From Antedon mediterranea (lineage: Eukaryota > Animalia > Echinodermata): a DNA stretch of 64,000 bases. Every line of letters starts with the position of its first letter. Positions within the stretch are counted from its first letter, which is position 1. Below, piece by piece: positions 52,245-64,000 of the stretch. The translations under genes and the position numbers were made by a program. Where the stretch lies: contig NC_092671.1 of the NCBI RefSeq assembly GCF_964355755.1, positions 15,314,001 to 15,378,000 on the forward strand. The letters run 5' to 3'. The notes beneath the pieces were generated by a model. The model was not told the DNA's origin and ran no database searches. It worked only from the letters and a program-made list of their open reading frames with translations.

Positions 52245-55200
52245 ATGGCTTTCTTTTTCGTAAATGTCTGCAGATTTTCAGGATGTAACTTAAACTTTTC
52301 ATCTGTTAATCGCTTAATTGAACACATTGAGGATGCACATATCGGTAAATATTAGAACTGTTTTTATCTCGAGGTAGTGTAGATAGTAGGCCCTACTGAC
52401 TGGCTAGGCCTAACTCTAGGGCTAGGCTAGGCCTAGGCTAAAAAATAAAGGCTCTAGAGGTACGGTCTGGGCGCCAGGCTAGACCTAAAACTACTCTAAA
52501 ACCTAAAACTAGGAGCTGGACTAGGCCTAGCCTAGGTACAGGCCACTGCATAGACCCACTGTTAGTACTTAGTAAGCCTAGGTTATCCTCTAGCTAGGCA
52601 GGTGTTAGTTAGGACTTTATTTAGGTGTGATCTCTAGACTCTAAATCGTAAAAGAAAGTATAAATAAACTTTCTAGGATATTATAACTTATTTACAGTAA
52701 GCTGATGAATGTTTTATTTTTATACTTTTTGTGTAGCACACAGACTCATACAATCAGATAGTGTAGCAGCATATAATTAATTTATAATTTCTCATTTTAG
52801 TTAAATACTGATATATAGTTTATATAGGCCTAGGCCTAGTATGATCAATTATGATACACAGTCACACATTAATATATGTAATATAATAATGTGTTATACC
52901 TATATTTTTTTTAGCCTAAAAACCATTTCCAATCTTTTTTATAATTTAAGAAATATAGGATAACCGATTATTATGACTGATAATGAGATACAAAAAGAGA
53001 AAAATATCAACCTGTACTGTACTATCATTATAGGGTGTGATGCTTATTTCAAGAGTTAATTCTGTGCCTAGGTTTTACAAATTACCCTTCCGGGCTATGT
53101 CATAATAAATTTGGTTTATCTGTACTAAAAACACACGTTATACACAAGTCCTTAAATAATTTAAATAAATTTAACAATAAATATCTTATTAGTTAAAGAT
53201 GTATTGTCCCTTGAAACACAAAAAAATGAAGGTCAAAATATACTAAATTTTAATTGGCCATATCAAAAGTAATATTAAAGTTATTCACTTTAAGTCAAAA
53301 ATTCGAGCCAAAAACAACAATTTTACGTAATTAACAGCTAAATTAATTTAATTACATTTCGTCTGTCTGTTATGCATGATGCTAATTAGGATTGTTTACA
53401 ACTCGTCACGGTTGAGAAGGTGTTTTCACACAGATCACGAGGAAGTTTTATGATTATGCATACAGAGTAGCCAAATTAGCGCATTGTATTATATATGTTT
53501 TGATCGAAAACTTTGACTGGAAGTCAAAGTTATTTTTTTAACCAAAAAACGTCTATTTCAGTTAAATGATTTTTTTTTTCGACAAATTTTTGGTGAAAGT
53601 TAATAACTATTATGATACTTCAAAATGACCCACTTTTTTTCCAAATCTTTTTATTTTTATTTTTTTGGAATTTGACAAAGGGACAATACATCTTTAATAT
53701 TAATGACATATTTGCCAACTGTTGATCTATTATATTATTTATAAGTAATTATTAGTATTTATAGTATTATTTTATATTAAAAATAGTGCTCTTCAAATTT
53801 GTATCTGATAATATTTAATTTTTACTTCATACCTTTTAAAATTAATAGTTGTATATTTAATCATTAAAATAATAAGTAAATTAATTATTATATAAAATGA
53901 GTAAAGTAACTAAAGATTAGGTTACTATAGTATAGATTTGAAATTATATTTTTGACATTTTTAAATAATATTTTTATTTATTGTAAAATATATCATACTG
54001 TAGTATTATATATTTGCATAATTGAATGTGTTTTACTGTTCCCTAGACAAAGACCCTGGATTCCTAGAAAAGCAAGAGCTGCAACAGCCTACTTCACTAG
54101 CACTCAGCTATGTAAAAAGGTTTGACATTTTCCGTATTAATCAATTATTATTACCTGTGAACAAAATTTAACATTTATTGTATGAAGAATGAACATAGAT
54201 ACTCGTTTGAGTATAGGTTAGTGTGATTTACAGTATGCACCTGAATTTCCTACTTTTATTCATAAAGCTTTGTTCCACACATTTCATTTATTTGTTTCTA
54301 TTTTTTTTAAATAATATTCAAATTCAAAAACTGTTATTGTCCAATATTCATAAACAGTAATACAATTGGAAATTTGTTGTTTGATACAATACTAAAGCCT
54401 TGTCTACAATTTCAAACTTTATGTGAAAAAAAAATGTGATGTGCCCATATATGGATATGATGATGTCATAGCACCATCATATTTGTGCATATCACTACCA
54501 TATTTGGGCACATCACATTTTTTGTAACATAAAGTTTGATAGTGTAGACAAGGCGTTAGATATCAAACAAATTTCCAATTTTATAAAAATCACCTCTTTA
54601 GTAAATATTTAGGATTAAAATAAATAATGATTTCAAAATTAGAATTGATAAATGTGAGTATGGGGGCTCAATGGGTTATTTTTTGTCGGTTAATTTTATT
54701 TTTTCAATTATCAATGAAGAAATTATCTTGTCATTTTCCTCAATTTTCAGTACTTTCCCTACAGTTTTTGTAGGCCTGTCCCTGACTATATATTTTCTTT
54801 TCAGATTTGTTACTGAAGCTGCCAAAAATGGCCAGCAGAATTCACCAATTCCATTAATTCAAAGTCGTAAGAAGTTGAAGAATCATTTAAATTCTATGAT
54901 TCATCATGTGTCCACACCAGTGCCAACACCTCGAAGCTCAACTCCAACAGGTACTTAATAGAGGCTGATTAACCAGTCCCATTCACACTTGATACAAATT
55001 AATTATTTGATATTTCAAAGATCTGTAAAACCCTAACTTGGTTCTTGATCTATGCAACAAAATTATAGTTACTAACGCTACGAAAACATGTGATGATTTA
55101 AATTATCCTTTAAATAAATACTATGATAAAATGAGATAAAAAATACTTGCTGAGATCGTGCAATAGTCGTTTTTTGCAATGCAATTTGTACGTATTCCAT

Positions 55201-57523
55201 CAGACTTTTAAATGACGTATTTGTGATTTTATCATTTTTATCTGTATACTATTATGATGTGTTTTATATATAAATATTTTTATACTTTTAACCTAATGTT
55301 TTGTATATTTTTATATTCTATGAAATACACTCAAAATATTTTCCTATTTCAAATTCAAATTCAAATATTCTTTATTCATCCTCTATCATGAAAATATACA
55401 ACAACAATATATGAGAACATAAAAAAGATGAAAAGGAAACACATAAAAACTCAAAAGAGCTTGATTAGTTGTGTCCCCCTAAGTCCCTAACTAGCCTAAA
55501 AAACTAAAACATAAATAATAAAAAAAGCTAAATCCTGCAACAAGTATAATTTTTAAAATTATTTGTAAAATGATAATAAATGTTCTTTAAACAATGATTT
55601 AAATATATATATTGATTTGGTACTTTGTAGTTCGTAATTCAAGTCATTCCACAATTTGGGTCCCACACATGACACAGTAAAACTAGTAGAAGTACGATTA
55701 CGTTTTCTGAGTCTCATTTTGTCTTTAGATCTTGTATTATAATTATGGTAAGAACCATTTTTAATAAAGAGCGATGAAAAACGCACGTCCTGATTAGTAG
55801 TAACATTATACATGAAAAGCCCAATTTGGTACTTATTGATATCAGCAATTTTAAGAAGTTTAAATTTATAGAAACATTCAGTCATTGAATCATTAAACTT
55901 TGACCATGTTATAGCTCGTAATGCCCTTTTCTGGAGTTTAAATAACTCATCTAAATAACTTGGAAATGTGCTACACCATATTATGTTGCAATAATTTAAT
56001 ACTGGTTCAATGAGTGATTTGTATATTGTCCAGAGAGCATAGGTTGGTAAAAAATGTCTTACTTTATATAGTATGCCTACATATCGAGATATTTTCCTAG
56101 CTGTAACATTGATGTGGTTCTTATATGTGAGGACGAAAATAAAGTAAATTTATATTTAATTTTCCACCATTGGATTTCATTTCAGGAAGTGAATTTGATG
56201 AAGAACTTGGGAGCGAATCGGACAGTGACAATTCATGGACCACACAAGATGAATTTAGCTCGGATCTAATTCTACGGATGGCAAGCTCTAGTGGTACAGA
56301 TGATAAACCGTTCGTCTGTCCAGTGCCTGGCTGTAAAAAACGTTACAAAAATGCAAATGGAATCAAGTACCATGCAAGGAATGGCCACAGGAAAGAAATA
56401 AAAGTAATTTGGTATTTTAATTTCACTCTGATCATTGCTTATGGCCGCCACATTTCTAAAGTTTAACAATACATTTGTTTTCCTGAGCTTAGAAACATAG
56501 ATACAATACAATTTAAAACACAATATAAAAACAAGCATATGGTAAAAAGAGTCTCTAAAACAGTTGGTTTTAACTTTGCATTGCCCAATTCTACCAGATC
56601 TATTAAAACTTACAATACTATTTAGTGGCTGGGTCACATCTTTAATTATCCATTCTAATTTATTCAGAGCCATTTTATCTGACACAAAGATTACCTATCC
56701 TTTTAATTTCTACGCCAATTATTTTACTTTTTAATTTATTTTACATATTTGATTGATGTTTTTCTTGTTTAAATTTGAATACCAGGCGATACAACAGAAC
56801 ATCATAACAGATTTAATTCACTTTGGGAAATTAGGAACAGCGTATCTTGTCCAACATTAAATTTCTTAAGCTTCCTAAAAAAAAATAGGCGTTGACTAGC
56901 TTTAGAATAGACACTTTGTTTATGCTTGTTCCAACTAATTATAATTAAAAACATCTTACAGTAACTAAGGGCTATCAATTTTTTTCTTCCCAAAGTGCTA
57001 CAATTTATTATTATGATTAATATAACAAGCATTCTAGCAATATACAATTTAATGATTAAACGGTTTTATTTTGATTTTACAGATAAAGAAAACGTATAAA
57101 TGTAGATGTAGCAAAAGTTACAAAACTGCTCAAGGCCTTCGTCACCACATGATTTCGCATCACCCACCAACAGTGCTTACGCCTTCCCCTTCACCGAAGG
57201 CAGTTCAGCCATTAGAGATACCTCAGCAGAATTCTACACCACTACTAGCAACCACCTTGCCAAACCTAAGCATTCCAACAACGCCGTTGACGCCAACATC
57301 GTCTAAAGGTATCATCCTGACGCAGCTAAATAACGTGTTAGCGACACCAACATCTGCAGGTGTAGTGAAATCGGTTGAGCCTGGCACGCCTGTAACTCCA
57401 GGAACTAGAATCAGTTTAGGCTCACCAACATCTGTTATGACTAAATCTTCCACACCTGGTTTCACCATCATTACCATGCCATCACAGATAACTGGTAACA
57501 CAATAACACCTGGTATCTCATAA
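52245..57523 (+). CDS. JAZF1: Juxtaposed with another zinc finger protein 1 (~325 aa); exons 52245-52344, 54047-54119, 54805-54950, 56186-56403, 57083-57523
   Basis: CRFSGC..LIEHIEDAHID, LEKQELQQPT, RSSTPTGSEFDEE, KPFVCPVPGCKKRYKNANGIKYH and YKCRCSKSYKTAQGLRHH match JAZF1; phases are compatible. Confidence 0.96.
53197..53693. mobile_element. Kolobok-type MITE; a related single end at ~15896
   Basis: TTAA-AGATGTATTGTCCC ... GGGACAATACATCT-TTAA. Confidence 0.85.
55345..56125 (-). mobile_element. 5'-truncated L2/CR1-group LINE in JAZF1 intron 3
   Basis: ORF2 C-terminus HNYNTRSK...GPKLWNDL...FKSLFKEHLL, then a 3' UTR, AATAAA and an (ATTTGA)n tail. Confidence 0.8.
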
Positions 57524-60316
57524 AAAATTTAATTATATTTTGTCCTTTTATTTCAATTTCAAAATAGTTTGCTATTTAATACCACTATTATCATTTTGTT
57601 TATGGAATTTTCATCATGAGTGTTAATTGACATAGTTATTATTAACAGAAAGTATGTTGCACATTCATTTTGTGGAAGTAATGTCATATTTAAAATATTA
57701 ATATAGTATTTTATTTAACCTGTTTGAATGATAAATCAATCATCCTGCTTAAAAATTGTGCAATTTATCATATAAAGTATTAAATATTATAAAGAAACAT
57801 TGCCATGTAACCTGCCCTATTAAACAAGACTTATAGGCTTTTGCAAATGAATTATTCGCATGGACTGAATTCTAAAATTTGGGGTAGTGACAGAAGTTGT
57901 CATTACTTACAAGGCTTATTATTTTTTGTGCCGATAGCAGGCATGCTCAGTGTACTCAATTGCATTAAACTTATTAGTGCTATGTATAAAAAAACAAAGG
58001 GTTTATTAACAAGTGGAGTTATCAAAGCCAATAGCAATTGGCCTGATGAATGTTAGATACTTAAAATCTGCTGAAATCTCACTAAACAATTTACCATTTA
58101 TTGTATATAATTGTATATTAAATATGGTGCATGCGTTGATATTTTTATTCTTTTTTTATAATGAGCATATTATAGTAATTTCAATAGGAATGTTATTTTG
58201 CTTGAACCAAATCTCAGAAAGTTTATTTAGTTTTGTTGCAGTACAGATAACAGACAATGTTTTCACTAACATTATTATGTAAATATAAACTGTGTCCATT
58301 AAAAATAATGTGCAATTATTGGTAGGATAACTGTATGTATAGCAAAATTATATTTTGGATATTTGTATTGTATTGCCTTTTCACACTCAATAGAGGATGT
58401 AAACATGTAAAATCATTATTGTAAGATATATGGTGTTTGTGAAAGTGATTAAGGTATAAGGTATTGTAATGTATGTTTCTCTGTATATATACAGTTGTGA
58501 CCGTGAAAATACAGTTATATTCTACTATTAAATGTAAAGAAAAGTTTTAGGAATTAAAAATAATCTACTCAAAGTGTTTAGCCAACAAGTCGCACAGCAG
58601 CTTTTTTAGGACAAGAAAAAATATAGACATAATGTTTTTGAATCAAAGATCTTAATTCCTGGCTCAACCACATAACATAACTGTCTATATGCTCACCAAA
58701 GAGATATACATTGCAAAATAGTCTTTCTGATCACTCTAGAATATTATTATAGAAACTATTGTCTAGATACTATTGCAAGACAATGTTTATGAATATGTAT
58801 ACAGCATTACATACATTTTTAATGTACATATTTTGTATAGATTACAATTTTGACAAAACAACTTGAGTCATAATTATTTATGAGAAGGTTGTTTCATCAA
58901 GCAAAGCATTGTGGGATCGCCAAGCTTTTTAGTGCAAATAGTATACAATATTAAGTCCATCCATGTTTTTTCTTATGGTTACTTTTTCTATTCCTTTGTT
59001 TTGTGAATTATATTTATTGTACCAGTATCATAGCTTTCTTTGTACTCATGTTTTGTTAATAGAAATTTGAATATTTATTGTGTATAGAGTATTGTATAAT
59101 GAATTACTATAGTAACATTAACATGTACAGCATGTAAAACAAAATAATAATTAAATCTAAAAAATACATATTATATAAACATATTTTGTATTGTTGATGT
59201 AGACTATTGTAAAAATTGTGGAACTGTATGTTTGTGTTCTTCATTGTTATATTGTCCGCTTTCTGTGTCGTGTAACATTGGGTTGATCTCAGGTAAAATC
59301 TCAAGTAATGTATTGTGGTATTGCATGGCTTCAGAGTTTGTGCTATTTACTGTACTGTTTATATTCATTCACTGGTTATACATTTATGCAGGGATCCTAA
59401 ATGGTCTAGACAGCTGGTTAGAATATTTACCCATTATAAACTATCTCTGCTAAATAAATAAGAGACTTACGCTCTGTCTACACTATCAAACTTTTTGTGA
59501 GAACAAAATGTGATGTGCCCATATATGGACATGATGATGTCATATCTCTACCATATTTAAGCATCACAACCATATTTGGGCACATCGTTTTTGTCAAACT
59601 AGTTTGATTAGTGTAGCTTTAAACCATGGAGGAATAATAGTTTTAAAATACTGTATATGGTAATTTCCCCATGTTTTAAAACCATTTCACAAATCAATGG
59701 TGCTATTCATACTGTTGTAGTGTATGTGAATGCTTAGTTTCAGAACTTCATCATGATAAAAAAGAATGTTGTATAAACACAATAATAGTTAAATATTAAT
59801 AAGATCTGTTTATTTCATTACCATTGGATAGACTGTAATTTAACAATTTGTGCAAATAAAATGCTACTTGCCAAAAATAAACAATATGAATTTTCATTTG
59901 TGTCAAAATAAGTAATATAGGACATCTGCATATCGAGGTTCAAATCTCGTTTTGGGTGACTTTTTCTCATTCTCACTTATCTTCTTGGTTAATGAATTAA
60001 ACATTTCAGTACACCACTGGGTAGTTAAGAGTCTTGCTGTGAATGTGTATATGATGAGTGAATATCACTGCTGCACATGCGTACAAGTGAGAACTACTGT
60101 AATGCTGTTCCGCTGTACCATGGAGAGTGTTAAAGAGCTATCCAATTGATTTTGAACAATACAATGGAAGTTCCTGTGGTCTAATGGTTAGGACATCTGC
60201 ATATCAAGATAGTTCCAGCTCGAATCTTTTTCTCATTCTCATAAATTATTTATAGGCTTATGTTTGTACTAATTACATTTATGTCCTTTTTATGAATACA
60301 TATTTGCTTGCTTTGT

Positions 60317-63300
60317 TTAAAGTGCCGCGTTAATGGCTCCCATTAAGTTAACTGGTCTGTTCTTATACTTTTTAGAAATTTCTTGTTCAATCTGAGGACA
60401 AAATATGGAAATAATTATATAAAAGACGGAGGAACAGTATTGTAATACAAACCATTTAATTAATATTAAATTGAACACAAATATTGTTTGAAGGTTTGCA
60501 TGGCGAAATCAAATGTTGATATAAAGTTTGAGGTACACCAGGTACAGTATATATAATTCTGGGAGAAATTCAACAGTTCTTTTCAGAATCATGTATGTTG
60601 TGTACCGCAAACTTTATATCAACAAACACAATTATTAGAAAGCAAAGCATTTACTTTACACTAAAGGTAAAAGTGAGTCCTGTGTTCACTCTGAACATAG
60701 GTGAATGAGCTGAGCTCATTGTACTAGCCTCTGCATTATGTGGTAGGGTGGCCAGTTTCTTTCTGGGTCTTTCTGTATTAGTACAGTAAAGTGTCATCAC
60801 TCAGCTACCCAACTCCATTACTTTACACAAAAATAAATTTGAAAAACGTACTTGTTGTTTTAGTTCTCTTGTTTTGGCCATCAAGATATCTAGTTTAGGT
60901 TCAAGCTTTCTTTGTTCTTCCAGAGAAGCTTGTCTTTTCTCCACTACTGCAACTTTACTTGCAATCATTTTTTCTTCATAAACAAGTTTTTCTTTTAGCG
61001 AGTCTGCAAGTCTATCAACATACCTAAAAATGAAGGGATCTCTTTTTAATGTAAAAATAGCTTGAAAAAAAGTAAAATACAATTATCTATGAAAATGATC
61101 TGTATTAGATGAGAACTTCAGCCTTGTTGATAGATTCATTCATCAGTGGAAACTTACTTTTATTGTCATTTGCATATAAAATATACATAAAAATGATTAG
61201 ATATACAAAAAGAGAAAAGAGATTTTGTCAGTAAACTAACCTTCGAGAGCTTTTAATCATTAAAAAGTGTTGTACAGTGGAATCACGAAGATGACTTAAT
61301 ACATCTTGTACCAAATTTAACATGCACGTAACATCGTGAACTGTTTGCATCTGACATATAGAGGGTGCTCCTTGAAACTGATTGACAGATATAATGTCTA
61401 CGTCACCTCCCATTTCTTTTAATCTTTGTCGTAAGAAAAACTCAAGCTGAAATGAGTCAAGTAATTTAATATAAGCAATTGTAATGATTACACATACATT
61501 AGCCAAATCTATCAATTTTTTGTCTTTTTCTTTTGGAATTTAGTTGGTAATTTGTGACTCAACCAAATTGGTATTATAGAGTTGTCGCTGTAGTAGTTTT
61601 CCACTATTTTGTATACATCTAACTTCTTATACAAGAAGTAACTTAAATATGGTACAGGATGAGAATAATTACTGTAATTAGTGTTTCAGCGGCTTTTGTG
61701 CTTATTGTTTTCATGCTTGGACAGATTTTTGTAATTGTCAAAACGAAAATAATACTTAACTAGATTTAATTCGTCACAATAGAAATACGCATGTAATTGT
61801 ATTGCTATATGATGAAATATGACCTGAAAATTATGAGTACCAAATTTGGTTTAATTATGATACATGCTTGTGAAGATCTAATTTTTGATTGCGAACTATT
61901 TACACCCAAACTAGACACATACAATACAAGATCAAAGGATGTATTAAAATTGGATAAACCCAAAACAGAATATAAAAAAAAAGTTTTTCATATCATGGTG
62001 CTAGTTTATGGAATACTCTAGAAAAACCAATGCAAAATGCCACAAATTTAAATACTTTAAAAAAATTATTGGTGTAATTTATTATTTATTTTTTATTTCT
62101 CTTAGCATAAATGTAATTAAGGTTTCTGTTGATATATTTTTTTCTCTAATTTGTTATTTTTAAAATTTGTTATTTTTAAATGTGTAATGTATTACTGTTA
62201 GTTGATCACAGCCTTGTAGAAGAACACCTTTATGGTGACACAAGCTTTTCCATGTTAAAATAAAGTATTTATTATTATTATTATTATTGCGCACCGTGAA
62301 AAGCTAACCACATCGATTCCTGGTCATACAGAATAGAATCTGAAAAATTGACGTAGCTCTATGTAATTAATCTCAATTGACATACAAAATAATGGTAAAA
62401 AAAGAATAAATAAAGATTCTGAAAAAATCAGTAAGGTTATATGCATGATAATCAATATAACTAAATAAAAGAAATAAAAGTAAAGTATACATCTTTGACA
62501 GCAGGTAACTGAATTTAATACCTTATCTTCAGTCAGATATAATCTGCTACTGTAGTAGCAGACACTTTTACCACCTTCTGAAGGTATAAATTAACTTACT
62601 TCTAGCATGTCATTCACAAATGCATTTCTCGTTTCTAAGTTATCAAGGAGGGTCAGAGCATCAGTACCTCTAGCAACACCATCATCTGCAGTTTTTAAAT
62701 CACACCCTAAAGTAATACCACTAGTATCTTCTCCCCAGTCGATTTTAGCTTCTTCCTAAAAAAAATTTTTTTAAATAATCCAATCCAATGGAGAGGAGTT
62801 GTGGCTTAGTGGTTATGATGCTTGGCTACCAATTCAATGGAGAGGAGTTGTGGCTTAGTGGTTATGATGCTTGGCTACCAATCCAATGGAGAGGAGTTGT
62901 GGCTTAGTGGTTATGATGCTTGGCTACCAATTCAATGGAGAGGAGTTGTGGCTTAGTGGTTATGATGCTTGGCTACCAATCCAATGGAGAGGAGTTGTGG
63001 CTTAGTGGTTATGATGCTTGGCTACCAATTCAATGGAGAGGAGTTGTGGCTTAGTGGTTATGATGTTTGGCTACCAATCCAATGGAGAGGAGTTGTGGCT
63101 TAGTGGTTATGATGTTTGGCTACCAATTCAATGGAGAGGAGTTGTGGCTTAGTGGTTATGATGTTTGGCTACCAATTCAATGGTCCTGGGTTCAGGTACT
63201 ATCACTTCAGGATATTTTCTAATGACAATTTACAACTTCACTCCCAAAGATTGCCACCTTTAAAAAGGATAGTGAATGATTTCGCTTATGGCTATCTTTG

Positions 63301-63837
63301 GCAATTCGCCTAAATATATAAACAAAATAATCTAACATTGTGCCACCAGTGTAGACACAGTTCCAAACCCTGACTTTGCAAACAAGTTTCTCAAATATTA
63401 ATTTATTATCTATCAAATATAGAAAGTATTGAATAGAAAACGTAGATTAGTGTGTGACTTACATCAACACCGACCGGCTCATCAAGCGAGATACCAAAAT
63501 CTATTTCTCCATCACCCCAATCAATCTAAAAAAAAGAGAGATATAAAGGATGGAATGGAATTATTTCTCCATCTTTAAAAATTCATAGTAACTTGTATTT
63601 TTCTTAATTTTCTGGCATTTATTTTTATGTTACATTGTATAACGAATCATCCAAGTTAATTAATATACCTCGTCTTCCTGAATATCTTTTTCTTCATCAG
63701 GCGCTATCAATTTAACCTCTTCTATTGATTTTGGTTCCTCACCTGTCCTCCAGCGATATACTGTAGTGTTACCATGCTGTAGCATGTAACGTAATGTTGG
63801 GCAGATAGGAAACTTATCTACCGCACCACTCTCCTGA
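60317..63837 (-). CDS. CDK5RAP3: CDK5 regulatory subunit-associated protein 3 (C53), last six exons: 63837-63669, 63525-63463, 62755-62600, 61446-61241, 61023-60852, 60391-60317; gene starts beyond the right edge
   Basis: HGNTTVYRWRTGEEP, IDWG (twice), GVARGTDALTLLD..ETRNAF, LEFFLRQRL, RYVDRLA and IEQEISKKYKNRPVNLMG match CDK5RAP3. Confidence 0.95.
61850..62288 (+). mobile_element. Decayed L2/CR1-group LINE 3' end
   Basis: TYNTRSKD..KPKTEYKKK remnant, then AATAAA and an (ATT)n tail. Confidence 0.6.
62781..63199 (+). repeat. Eight tandem 49-bp copies of a tRNA/SINE 5' half, ending in a single B-box-like segment
   Basis: Unit CAAT(C/T)CAATGGAGAGGAGTTGTGGCTTAGTGGTTATGATG(C/T)TTGGCTAC; the last copy runs into GGTCCTGGGTTCAGGTAC. 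Confidence 0.9.
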
Positions 63838-64000
63838 CTAAAATGAAACAGAATTAAAACTTGAATGTATGTCTGGTCTGGTTATCTGGTGAATCCAGTT
63901 TTAGCAAGGCTAACAACAGGACACTAAGCCCGACTTGCCAAGATAGGCTATCGTAATAGACTTTGAATGGAAAGGGTTTTGAATCAAATCAAGGCTATCA

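Noticed and set aside
61085-61155. C/D-box snoRNA in a CDK5RAP3 intron
   Set aside because: TGATGA and CTGA are only ~18 nt apart, with no later D box or convincing terminal stem.
62781-63199. CRISPR-like regular array
   Set aside because: Units abut with no unique spacers, the context is a eukaryotic intron, and there are no cas genes.

Overview
This is AT-rich, intron-containing animal genomic DNA, probably from an invertebrate deuterostome (the taxon is my inference). Host genes, with exons hand-spliced from the sequence: the 5' part of G-alpha-q (minus strand), two divergently transcribed FASTKD1-like paralogues, ATP synthase subunit c (ATP5MC), JAZF1, and the 3' part of CDK5RAP3/C53. 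The main finding is an 18,013-bp DNA transposon (23683-41695) with ~140-155-bp modular TIRs and a perfect 8-bp target duplication (CGTGCATC), inserted in the short divergent promoter between the two FASTKD1 genes. It carries one apparently intact gene of 10 coding exons (~1860 aa) that fuses a PHD finger, an OTU-like cysteine protease domain, a linker built from tandemly duplicated frame-preserving exons, and a Mutator/MULE DDE transposase. The ORF track splits this gene into unrelated-looking pieces. Introns and intergenic DNA also hold many MITEs (hAT-, Harbinger-, Kolobok- and Tc1/pogo-like), Deu-domain SINEs, LINE remnants and two satellites. All calls come from manual reading and recalled family motifs; no searches were run, and the splice models lack transcript support.
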